Below are positions 48,401-59,185 of a DNA stretch of 64,000 nucleotides, piece after piece. The position numbers and the translations under genes were made by a program. The notes beneath the pieces are model-generated. The model had not been told where the DNA came from, did not search any database, and was given only the letters and a program-made list of their open reading frames with translations. This DNA is from Cladosporium halotolerans. Its lineage: Eukaryota. The first letter of the stretch is position 1. Every line of letters starts with the position of its first letter. Location of the stretch: contig NW_027191453.1 of NCBI RefSeq assembly GCF_011745625.1, positions 620,001-684,000 on the forward strand, in the 5' to 3' direction.

Positions 48401-48769
48401 CCAACCATCGCCATGACCGGTGAGCTCACTGTCACCGGCAAGGTCCTTCGCATTGGTGGTCTTCGTGAGAAGACTGTGGCCGCCCGCCGCGCTGGTGCCA
48501 AGATGATCATCTTCCCCAGAGATTGTCTGAGTGACTGGATCGAACTGCCAGAGGTGAGTTTTCTTGTACCCTAAGACTTTCAATCCAATACTGACAATCA
48601 TCTCCAGAACATCAAAGAAGGCATCGAAGGCAAGCCCGTCGACTGGTACTCCGACGTCTTCAGCCTCGTCTTCCCCGACGTCGATGAAGCGCTGGCAAAC
48701 GCTCGCTGGAAGAAGGAGCTCGCTAAGCCGCCCAAAGAGGAGCGCGACGATGAGGAGGACCGTGACTGA
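45407..48769 (+). CDS. PIM1: Mitochondrial Lon protease
   Basis: Arg/Ser-rich presequence, RPLFPGFYK, Walker A GPPGVGKT, Walker B LIDEIDK, catalytic KDGPSAG and GGLREK. Intron 48554-48607. Confidence 0.97.
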
Positions 48770-49374
48770 TCGGTGTATACACGACGTGGCCTCATCGAGG
48801 TGGCGATCTGAGATTTTAGCAAGCATTGCGAACCTTTCTTGACTTTGCTAGCAGGCGGTGTCTGGCGTCTTCGGTTTCGCATTGCACGGACTGGCCTGGC
48901 GGTCTGTGGTCTGTGGGGAGGAATAAGAGGGGAATCTGCACGCTCCGCTCACTGTACATAGATAGGTGCGGCATGCATCAGCGGGTGGGTGTCGGATATA
49001 TGTTAGATACGGGCGATAGGCTTCCAAGTTGGTGAGATGTATAAAATGCTATGACTGCGTATCCACGCTGCCCCGCCACCTGCCCGATCTCGTCCAACCT
49101 TTTGATACGCCTTTTCAAGGACTTATAGCCAGGCCGATCAGTGAACCTGGTTCTATGTATGCACGGCAGAAATAAGGTGGTCGATGGTCAAATCAGTTGC
49201 ACGACTATGCATTAACCTCAGCCCTGCGCCCCAGGGTGTAGCAAATGCTTCAGAAATACTCCTTTACGACCATTCTAGCTTCAGATTACTTGGTCTGCAT
49301 CGCGATACCAGGCGGCACTGCGGTTTCTCATCGGACTCGAACACGCAGTCGTGTGGTGGCACCTGGGGTAAATA

Positions 49375-49394
49375 TTACCCCAACCCTAACCCTA
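49375..49394. repeat. Interstitial telomere-like 20-mer TTACCCCAACCCTAACCCTA (copy 2)
   Basis: Exact reverse complement of 41725-41744. Its first 8 nt pair with TGGGGTAA at 49364-49371. Confidence 0.8.
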
Positions 49395-49847
49395 GTTCCG
49401 TTGTCGAGAGATGATTATGATGTCCCGAATTGGTGGGACATTCGATAAAAGTATGTTTTTATACATTTGAGAGTTACTGTGGATTCAGGGAATATCGAGA
49501 GGTTGTCATACCCCCGTTCAGAGGAAAGTTTCCGGTGTCAAAAGGGCGCTGTCGGGTGCCTGGACAATAACTTACATGGCGCTGAGATGAGCACTTGAGT
49601 TCAGTGTGTGCAGAGTGACGATGCGACTACTGTAGACCTTCGCCGATACAAACATCCGGAAGTTTTCATACGTTAGTAGATTCGGACTTGGGATTATATT
49701 GGTTGTTCTTATACTTTTGTGAACTATCATACTTAAGGTGAATATCCCAGAATAATTATTTCCACCTTTGTTCGAAATCATTCCGTTTTACTTACAAATT
49801 TGTTAATGCATATAGGAATAGAAAATTGAATATAGAATAAAACGTTC

Positions 49848-49930
49848 GGAGCTGTGGCGCAGCGGTAGCGCGTGTGATTCCAGTTCAAGGAGTATCCACA
49901 AGGTCATCCGTTCAAATCGGGTCAGCTTCA
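49848..49930 (+). tRNA. tRNA-Trp (CCA) with an 11-nt intron
   Basis: Acceptor GGAGCTG/CAGCTTC-A, D arm GCGC-AGCGGTA-GCGC, loop TT-CCA-G, intron TTCAAGGAGTA, T arm ATCCG-TTCAAAT-CGGGT. 72 + 11 nt. Confidence 0.93.
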
Positions 49931-49931
49931 C

Positions 49932-49938
49932 TTTTTTT
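49932..49938 (+). terminator. Pol III oligo-T terminator
   Basis: T7 run immediately after the tRNA. Confidence 0.85.
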
Positions 49939-50490
49939 TGGCCTGATTCCTCTCATTTTGCCCGACTTTTGAGGAGTATACGATGTAATAACATTCTGTG
50001 ACTTATATCGAGTACGATACCCCGCAGACACGACTTTTTTCCCCATGAAGCTGCGGTGTAACTGATCGAAGAGGCTTGAAGTTCGAAGAATGGTATTATG
50101 TGAGACACTCTGGCGACTAGGGATAATGTCACCATCTCAGAGGCACCATCTCAGAGCATGTCCCTTCTCAGGCAGCTCGCTTCTCAGAATTGAGCGAGTT
50201 TTGTCACTTTTTCAACGGGCCCTGAAGAATCGAGGTTTTTTTCTTCCAGTCAATCAATAGTCACGTAATACCCACCAGCAATAGTAGACTCCGCGCAATG
50301 GTTGCTGCATGACTCTCAACTTGGCAAGGCATACTCCTCGAGGGTTTCTGTCAGCCGTCCGACGCTGGACTACACCTGGTAGGTAGCATGATCGCGAGAA
50401 CATAGACCAAAGGAAATATCAATGTTGCCAAGAGCGACCAGGCCAGCCGAATGCTGGAATCGTTGAAGAAGCAACTACCTACAAACACAC

Positions 50491-53400
50491 CTACCCCTTC
50501 CCAACATCATCCTCCATGCCCATAACCCCAATCGCCCAATTCAGCCTCGCAGTCGGCTTAACAGTCACCAGCCTGCGATCGCTATCATCCATCTCCTCCG
50601 GCTTCGCGTCCGGATCCAAGCGCTCCCAGCTCCCATTCAGCCTCGGATCGTCCGAGTGCTCCGGCCTGACAACCCTCTGGTAGGGCGGGCCGCGGCCCGC
50701 ATCGGCGGCTTTGACCCACGCCGTCTCGCAGCCGGCGGCGATGAGCTCCGCGCTGCCCCAGCCGGTGCGCAGCGCGATGCCGTAGATGCGCATGACGGTC
50801 TCGTGGCGCTGGTCCGGGCGCTGGTACTGCACGGCGGCGAAGAAGGAGGGCATGCAGCTCTCGCAGAGCGCGGAGCCGAGGGTCGGGTTGAGAGGTTGGC
50901 TGGCGGGGCCGGGGACGATGCCGGCGGCGATACGGCCGATCTGGTTGGCGTAGAAGGCGGTGTCTTTGGCGGCGATGGCGGCGGCGGCGTGAGATGCGGG
51001 GTGCATGTGCGGGTGCGAGCGGATGGCGATGATCTCGCACATGTTGTAGACGGCCCAGAGGCAGCCGATGTCGTAGGAGCGGTAGAAGAGGGCGGAGCCG
51101 AAGGGCGTGTCGAGGGGCGTGTGGCAGTCGGCGTCGAGGTGTTGGAAGGCTTCGCCGCTGAGGGCGGCGACGAAAGCGCGGAGGGCTGCTCGGATTTTGC
51201 CGTATTCTTCCAGTGCTGCTGCCGTGGCGATTTGCATGTCGAAAGTCTCAGGCGATCTGGTTTCCTGAGGGGTCTGCACTCCCTGTGCGGGATTGTAGGA
51301 GGAAGGCATCTGCACGTTCGATCGGGGAGGTGGTGCCATGCCGAAGAATGTCGGTTGAGCTTGCGGAGGAGGTGGGCCTGGAGGAGGTCCTTGGCCAGGT
51401 GGAGGTTGAGGCGGTCGAGGAATGTTCATGCCTGGTGCTGGACGCCACTGGCCACCGTTGAGAGCCATCTGCTTGAGCTTTCTCTCTCTATCTCGAGCTG
51501 CGAAGTCTGCGATTCTGCCCAGCAATAATATCAAATGGTCGAAAGAGCCATACACAGCATCAGGTCTGCCAATCGCAGCACGAGGTGGGCAATCAGACCA
51601 ACGATGGTAGTCCAAGCTTCTAGATGTCAGTAAAGCTGTCTCGACAGATACGGTGAACTTCACTTACAGCAGAGGATTACCACTTACGATGCTCTGGTAG
51701 GCATCCTGCTTACAGTACCACCAGAACAGGTCTTTAAGGATCTCAAAATTGCTCAGGTCCAGTTTTGGAGGGAGTCTTGCTTCTGCGGCCTCGACATACC
51801 CCTGGGCTTCGTACCTCACCTCACGCCCGACAAGTGTGCTTATCAGCTGCTCATCGACGTCATTGAAATGATCTTCGAAATCTTCTTCGCGGTTGAGATA
51901 GGCCGAGAAAGAGTTCCTCCGTCTTTGGATCTGATCATGGGCGGCCTTTTCCCTCTTCAGCTGGCGGTACTGGCGAGTCATTCCGGCAAAATCGGTTTCC
52001 ACGAACAGTTGCTTCGCGCCTGCCAGGTGCATGTTCCACTTCATGTGATCCGCTGTCATGATCTCGTAGAAGCCGAGTAGCATGGATGCTGCAATCGTGG
52101 TGACTTGCAAGCGCTTTTTGGGATTTTGAGAGGCGACGCAGCTGTGGATGCGTTTCAGGGCCCACGCGTAATGCTGCATGGAAGGAGTGATGGATGCGCC
52201 CTGCAGTCGTGCGATGTGCAAGCTAGATAAAGCTAGCATGGCATGTAGCAGACCTTGATGGTGGAGCGCAGCCATTGGCATCGTATACGTCCACAAGCCC
52301 TGCTGAGAAAATGGCACTGAGCCTTCGGTGAACAATACCGAGGAGTTGACGGGATGCCTCTCGAAGACAGACAGACTTGGTCCGGTCGCAGAGATAAAGT
52401 GCGCGAAGACGCGGGCGGTGGCAGCATTTCTGAGGGGATTGGCATGCCATTCCACTCTGTATCTCTCCAGCATGCCTTCTTCGAGGAAGGTGTCGTATCT
52501 GCGAATCTGCATGTTGTGCGCGTTGAAATGTTGTCCCATCAAAGCCTTGTTCAGAGTGCGTTGTCGTTTGAAATCCTGCATTTGCACCGCCGGCTTATCA
52601 ATATCCATGTCCTCGTCCGAATCAACATCGTAATAGTCGTCATCCACTATTTCGACGGCAGCATCATTGAGCCACTGCGTTTGAGTCTGCGACCCCTGAT
52701 ATTGCGTTTGGTATTCATAAAGGTCCGGTGTCGCGGGGTCAGACATCTGATGGGGTACGTGCGTAGATGATGGTGTGGCAGAGGGAGGCATTGTGAACGA
52801 GCTATTTCGGTGTCCCTGGCTCGAAGGTGCGGGAGGCTGGTAATCGATCGGGCGAGTGAGCTCTGGCCGTGGTGTATACGTGGGAGTCGCCCACGATTTT
52901 TTTGCGGCATGAGGGATAGGAGTTTGATTGGGCTCGTACTTTGGCACTGGGACTGTTGAAGTCGGTGATACTTGGGTGGTTGGAGTCATGTTCGCCGGTG
53001 CAGCAGATGAATCTGGCCATGTGCTTTCCTGGTTTACGGATGCAGCGTGAGGAGCTTGGCCGCTCTGATTGAAATTGTACGCAGGGACGGTTTGTGCCGG
53101 TGTGTAATGTGGTGTCTGGAAGGGCTGGACGTTGGTCACCATGGGCTGAATCCGAGCTGCCGTCGAAGGTACTTGATACGGCGGGGGCGCTTGCTGGTGT
53201 TGCCCCCCTTGAAGCATATTGTAGTTCTCAGGCACAGGCATAGCCTGCTGGATGGGAACGGTTTGATGATGCATGGAATATCCTTGGTGGAATTGCATCG
53301 GCTGTTGAGGCATGAATTGGCCTGATACGGGCTGAAATTGCTGAAGATACGGCATGAAGTGCTGGTCGAGCTGGGGCACAATGTCCGGATAAGCATTGGG

Positions 53401-53769
53401 ATCGACCATATACTGCGGCGTCTGTCCAGGATGCACAGGAATCATGGGCGCTGCCATGTTGCCGGCCTGGAAGGTGATGTGCGCTGCGCCATTGGGAGCT
53501 GCACGATACTCGAACGTGGGTGGCCTGAATATCACACGCTGGCTGTAGCCTTCGCAGTGCCGTTTCGACTTGATGCAGTTTTTGCATACTGGCCGCTCTT
53601 CGCCGCACTTGATGCGGCGTTTGCGACATGTCAGACAGCCGGTCTTAGTTCGCTTGCGCGACAGTTTGGCTTTCAAGGCTGCTTCGGCCTTGCTGGTGTC
53701 AGTACCGTCCAGGGGGACTTTGATGTCGTCCTCATCCTCGGAAGCATCATGCGCGTTGCCCGAAGACAT
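50491..53769 (-). CDS. Zn(II)2Cys6 transcription factor with a fungal-specific C-terminal domain
   Basis: RKRTKTGCLTCRKRRIKCGEERPVCKNCIKSKRHC; Q/P-rich activation-like region; ALHHQGLLHAMLALSSLH, WNMHLAGA. One intron at ~51617-51667 joins the 701-aa and 390-aa ORFs. Confidence 0.93.
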
Positions 53770-54606
53770 GCTCAGGTTACCGGCGCAGGGTCGTAGAGGT
53801 CGGCGGATACGGGAGCTTTAAGCGCATGCTTTGGCGATGCAGTAGTCGTGATGTGCACACCGCGTCCCGCGCGCTGATGTCGATTTGCCGGCTTCAACGC
53901 TCAACCCGGGATGAAAATGATCCGCTTGGCTCCAGAGAAGAGCCGATACCGCCAAACGACAGTGTCTGTACTGACACAAGAGTAACTCGCATCGATGTGA
54001 GTGTTGTCGAAGCCAGCGAATGCGTGCTGCTGATCGCAAACCTAGAGACCGTCGCCAAGCTCGGAGGGGGCCACGTGCGGAGGCGGCCTGATGGCGAGCC
54101 TATTATTCACAAACACCTCTCGACACTAAGCGGAACAAAGTGCGAGGGAAGACGGGATGGCAGAGGTACAGATGATATGGTGGCTGGTGTGACAGCAATA
54201 GCGCGTTGGAGCAGACGGGTAGTGTGAAGTCTAGCGCGAGAGGGCACATGGAATTGGAAGATTGGCAGGGTCTTGTCTCTGGCCTCCCGTTGCTTGCCCC
54301 TCTCGTTCTGAGCCGCGGACAGCCATGAGGCTTGTGCGCCGACGGCAGTCTTTGTGATGCGACCTCCCGATACGGAGGCCCGCCTGGGGAGGGCAGGGTG
54401 ATGCACGTTATTATTGCGTGCCACGGCAAGCTGGGCGGCCTGTCCATTTCTTGCGCTGGATCGAATCGCCGTTGGTGTCGGGACGGCGACGATTTCCCAT
54501 TGGGCGCAGCGCCAGCACTCGACAGGGGCCCTGGTCGGCGCCAGACAGGTGGGTGCATGCAGCTGCAGTTGTGATCCGCACTGCAGGCCGCACCGACGGT
54601 GGTGCC

Positions 54607-54620
54607 GGGGGGGGGGGGGG
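54607..54620. repeat. G14 homopolymer in the TF upstream region
   Basis: Seen directly. Confidence 0.85.
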
Positions 54621-55762
54621 AGCGAGGTGGTGGACGTCGGCTGTCGCCCACTGGCGGTGGGAGATGACCTGCCTGTGGGCGAGGCCCACACTGCGCAGCG
54701 AGGTGCTCCGACGGCCCTCGCCATGGGAGTCGGCAGAGCAAGCCACGAAGAAAGGCGTTGTCGACCACCGTACGTGCGTACCTGCACTGCACGACTTACC
54801 GCGCCACGCTACAGTGCAGAGTCAGCTGGGCCTCGTGGTCGGGCCGGACCTTTGTCTCAAGTCAACGCCTGAAGGATGAAGAGGGCCAGAGGATACGAAT
54901 GTGACAAGCCTCGCGCGCCGCCTGCCACACAGCCGAAATGGACGGGCTGCAGGCCTGCCGCCATGCACCGGGTCCGACACCCTGTGCCACATGTCCAACC
55001 GGGCACCGCGCGCAGCCGGAACGGCGCCGCCGACACAGCAGAACCGCTGGGGCGGGCGACGGCGTGCTGGCTCGTTGATCGGCCCGGGGATGGTGCAGAC
55101 GGCCGCATTGCGCATGTGGCTGGCTGACGGGCTGCATGGGCAGCTGTTGACCGCACGACCAACGTTCGTCAGTGCTCTGCGCGGTCTAACATCCCTCCGC
55201 GATCAGCAGCCTCGGGCCAAAGGACGCATCAGGGGAATGCAGCGTCGTGTACGGGTCCCAATAGGCAGGTGAACGGGCTTCACGTTGAGAGCAACGTGGC
55301 GGCGACAGGGGGCTGTGAATCCTGCAACTGTGGTTCACAGATGTGAGAGGTTGATGCACGACTGATCTGCAGCGCTTCCTCTGACAGGGTGCTGGGGTTC
55401 ACAGCGTGCACGATACTTCCCGTCTATTGAAAGTATTCTGAATCGCGTCGAACAAGTGCCTCCACTTTGGTTGTGGGGATACATCATTTCGCGTGCGCGG
55501 CACGCAGCTTAGGCAGCCCTAATGGCCCCGACAATGCCAACCACCATCCCCGTTCCCAAAAATTGGGAACTTTGACCGAAAATGGGAAACGCTGCTGACA
55601 TGGTTCGAGCGCCAGCATGGACGAGACTGAGGATTGCCGTGTTGTTCGAGCAATACAAAGTATTGTGAGGACGTTTCGTAACGTATTCATGATGTGCCAG
55701 CGGCTGTGCTGGACAGCTCTTACCCGCGTACTCTATAGGTTTATCGCGTCTGTATCTCGGCT

Positions 55763-57403
55763 TTACATGCTATCCTGCCGCCATTGGCTTCTAACCTTCT
55801 TCCAATCATCTTGCTCCTTGCGGCCACCGTCTTTCTCAAGACCCATTCCGCGCTCTACCCACTCCTTGCTGCCCATCTCGCTCAGTCGCGAAAGCGCACG
55901 AGCGAAAGCAAACGCCTCCTCATCGCCGGAGAAGATGCTGCTGCCCTTGAGCATGGACATGTTCATGCCCAAGTCGTCCATCAGACTGCGCATCGCGGCG
56001 TCGAAATCCGCGCCTTCGCCTTGCGTCTCCTTCGCAGACTTGTTTCCAGCGCCGGCCGCCTCGTCCATCGCTTTGTCGACTTCGTCGCGCGACATGAAGA
56101 GCTGAGTGAGCGGCACGGCGGTCGTCAGGACTAATTTGGCCCGACCCTCGTAAACTGCGTCGACGAATGTAATAAAGCGTCTTGCCAGGTCGCGAGAACG
56201 GTGGTTCATGCCCGGGACGTCCGTTACCACAAAGGTATCGTAATTGCGGACCAGTTCGATGTAGTCTGCTGCGCCGGTTGCCTTTCCCAGGAGTTCCTGG
56301 AATGTGAAGTGGCAAGCTGTTCCGCTTGCGCGAGGAACATCGATGTCCCTGCCCCATACCGTCTGGGTAGCTTTGTGTGGAGGGTCGTTTTCGAAATCGC
56401 CGAGGAAGCGGAACCAGCGTTCTGCGTGTCGCTTCGCGCTGTCGTCGAGAGGGTGGTGGTACACGCCAGACGGCGGCCTGGGAATCTTGCGGTAGTCTGT
56501 TGTTGAGTCGAGGTTGAGGACCTGGAGCCTAGTTTCGAGCAGTTTGATGCAAGGGATGAATGATTCTCGCTGAATGCCGTTCTTGTACAGTTCTGACGGG
56601 TGCCGGTTGGAAGTCGTGACCATGACGGTGCCGTGAGCCATGAGAGATTCGATCAGACGCCTCAAGATCATGGCGTCTGCGACATCTGTGCACTGGAACT
56701 CGTCAAAGCAAAGCACGGATGATTCTTGGGCGATTTGCGCAGCGACAAAGGGCACTGCGTCGAAGTCATTGCCCATCTTCATCTTGATCTTGTGCAATTC
56801 CTTGTGCACGTTTTGCATGAAGTTGTGGAAGTGGATGCGGGTCTTGGAGTGGATGTTTTCCGGCAACGTATCGAAGAACAGATCCATAAGCATGGTTTTA
56901 CCGCTGCCCACGTCGCCGTACATGTAGAGACCTTTTGGTAATCCGGCCGCGGGTTCCATGCGGACTTTAGGTTCCTCCCCACCGAACAGTGAACCAAAGA
57001 AGCTCGTTTTCTTAGGCTGTAAGGATTCCAGCGTGGGAGGAATGACCTTCGGAGGAGTATAGTTCTGAAGGGTCCTGTAGAGATCTTGAAGCGACTCGAT
57101 CAAGTAACGTTGGTGCTCGTCGTCTCGTAGCTTGCCGGCTTCTACGCGTGCATCGTACTCCGCCATGGGGCCACCAGGGCTGTACTCCTTGGTTCTGTAC
57201 TCCGCCATGGTGGCCTGGCCTCTTCGAGCATACTGTATGCTGGTTCTCAGGGCCAGGGAGCTTTTACTCGTACGCAAAGGTCCCTGACGGCCAGCTTTTG
57301 TCAAGCAATCCACGCATAAGGTCCGCCGTTGCTGTGCTAGCGATCCGGGTCGCGTAGTCCGTAGCAGAGTCCGCAGTGCTCTGACGGGATCTCTTGAAGC
57401 CAT
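55763..57403 (-). CDS. AFG1: Mitochondrial AFG1/LACE1 ATPase
   Basis: PKGLYMYGDVGSGKTMLMDLF, RIHFHNFM, LCFDEFQCTDVADAMIL, TSNRHP, ARRFITFVDAVYE, FAFARALSRL. Confidence 0.96.
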   Translation of the reverse strand: MASRDPVRALRTLLRTTRPGSLAQQRRTLCVDCLTKAGRQGPLRTSKSSLALRTSIQYARRGQATMAEYRTKEYSPGGPMAEYDARVEAGKLRDDEHQRYLIESLQDLYRTLQNYTPPKVIPPTLESLQPKKTSFFGSLFGGEEPKVRMEPAAGLPKGLYMYGDVGSGKTMLMDLFFDTLPENIHSKTRIHFHNFMQNVHKELHKIKMKMGNDFDAVPFVAAQIAQESSVLCFDEFQCTDVADAMILRRLIESLMAHGTVMVTTSNRHPSELYKNGIQRESFIPCIKLLETRLQVLNLDSTTDYRKIPRPPSGVYHHPLDDSAKRHAERWFRFLGDFENDPPHKATQTVWGRDIDVPRASGTACHFTFQELLGKATGAADYIELVRNYDTFVVTDVPGMNHRSRDLARRFITFVDAVYEGRAKLVLTTAVPLTQLFMSRDEVDKAMDEAAGAGNKSAKETQGEGADFDAAMRSLMDDLGMNMSMLKGSSIFSGDEEAFAFARALSRLSEMGSKEWVERGMGLEKDGGRKEQDDWKKVRSQWRQDSM

Positions 57404-58227
57404 GACCGGTATCAGACCGTGTTATCCCAGCTCTTATATACAATGCGCGCCAATCGGGTGTTTGCCTGGAGAGCTGCGTACGGCAGTGGTGCTTTCGGCG
57501 TCTGAAGCTTGCGAAGTGAAACGTGAATTCGGCACCCGCCTTTGCGGGTTCGCCTATAAGCCTTCCGCAATGGCGAGTTGAATAGGAGTGCTTCTCAGAA
57601 ATAAGGCGCCCAATGCCGGAAAATAGCTCGAACGTTCAAGTCAATTGGTTCAAAAGGCTGGCGGTACAGCAAAGTCTATAGTAGTACAGGGTGATCTCGG
57701 AAGGACGGCCTGACACGTGCCAAGTCGAGCAAACTGGGCAGCGGGGGCCTCGGCTCTTCACTCCGCCCTGTAGCACGGCCCTCATGCCAGATGGGCAAGG
57801 TAAGGTACGCATCGTACATTTATAATTGCTAACGTTGAATCACATCGAAATTGGCCATTGATTTCGACTATTACCATGAAGCAATCGCAGCCGAATGTTC
57901 AAAACTAGCGTTCGCCTGAGATATGTTCCAAGAACCGCATCACAGTTAAGGGTCGTCTCAGCCGCTTCAAATCGTCAAGTAAAACAATCTAAGCCCCTCA
58001 GGACAATTCAGTTCAGATCGGTGTGAAGGAACAAAACAGGTCTGTGTGACGTTTGCCATTTTGCCCTCAGTCTTCGTACTGTAAGATCCGTAAGCGGTCT
58101 ATGAACAATGTGCCATGCTACGGCAATTTTGCGATTTTGGCGAGTGATATAATTTTGGTATTATACATAGTATACAGTTACTGCTTGCCACATATGCCTT
58201 CCAACGCTCAGCACAAAGCCGGGTCCT

Positions 58228-58803
58228 TCATCCAAGGAGCTCCTTCACAATGCCAGGCACTGTAGACTTCTCCACGTTCTTGCCGTCCAGACTTCCACCA
58301 GGCGCAAAGATTGCCTTCATGACCGGCCCAGCTTTCAGATCCGGAGTCTTTGCCCTGAGTTCGTCGATCGTGCTCTTGATAGCCGCCTTGACATCTTCCA
58401 CAGCCATAGTCTCAACACCGCCTGCGTACTCGTCGAGTATGTCCACTTGACCCTGCTCCTTCTCGACCAAGTCTTGTCTTCCAGCGGCCTTGAACTCCTC
58501 GCTGGCAGCCTTCGCGGCTGCCTGGCGTTTCCTGAGCATTGACAGGAGCTGCATGTCGGTCTTGACCGGGTTGGGAGACTTGGCTGCATTTGTGACTTCG
58601 GCGAGGAGGGAACGCAGGACATTCAGGCGCGCGGTGTCTTTTTGGCGCATGGCATTTTTGAGATCGGTCCTGAGCTTAAGGAGGAGAGGAGGTGCAGGAA
58701 GCTCGGACGGCGAAGGTGTAGCATAGGCGCGGCATTGAAAGCATACCCGGTTGTTGAAGGGCAGTTTGCGCAGTGCAGGGGTCCTGAGGAGGCGTTGTGA
58801 CAT
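58228..58803 (-). CDS. AIM41: Mitochondrial YqeY-family protein Aim41
   Basis: First ATG at 58803 gives an Arg-rich presequence, then LLLKLRTDLKNAMRQKD...LNVLRSLL and EEFKAAGRQDLVEKE. Confidence 0.88.
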   Translation of the reverse strand: MSQRLLRTPALRKLPFNNRVCFQCRAYATPSPSELPAPPLLLKLRTDLKNAMRQKDTARLNVLRSLLAEVTNAAKSPNPVKTDMQLLSMLRKRQAAAKAASEEFKAAGRQDLVEKEQGQVDILDEYAGGVETMAVEDVKAAIKSTIDELRAKTPDLKAGPVMKAIFAPGGSLDGKNVEKSTVPGIVKELLG

Positions 58804-59185
58804 TTTCGCGGTTGTTTTGGTGTATTCGACATGCACCTGCAGGCCGCCAATGCGGGCAGGAATCGGGAGGCTGGAAGCCAATCCCACAGGTTTGTGCAGC
58901 AGCTTGACGCGCTCTCCCGTTTTCGCAGCTTCAAACGCGACTGCGAAATAATTGAACTCCACACCACCGCCTCCAACAGCGCTGCGAGGCCCGTTCTGTT
59001 ATTGTTGTTGTGTCGCGGCAATAGCAGTTCCCCTCATTCGACCTTTTCCACCCATGTACCGGACGTAATTTCCTTCTCACCCACGCCTACCAGAACACGA
59101 ATGCAAACCTCGCGATAAAGAGGCATCAGACTTGCCATTGAACTCGCGCGCAGGATCATTTCACTTTCGAACCTCGACACACACC

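Noticed and set aside
49515..49560. RNase P/MRP RNA suggested by GAGGAAAGTTTCCGG
   Set aside because: No matching downstream CR-V segment to form the P4 helix was found.
58804..58962. N-terminal extensions in the ORF track (AIM41; likewise 7734, 26862, 41997, 59132)
   Set aside because: They begin at GTG/TTG, a prokaryotic-style call. The first in-frame ATG gives the expected N-terminus.
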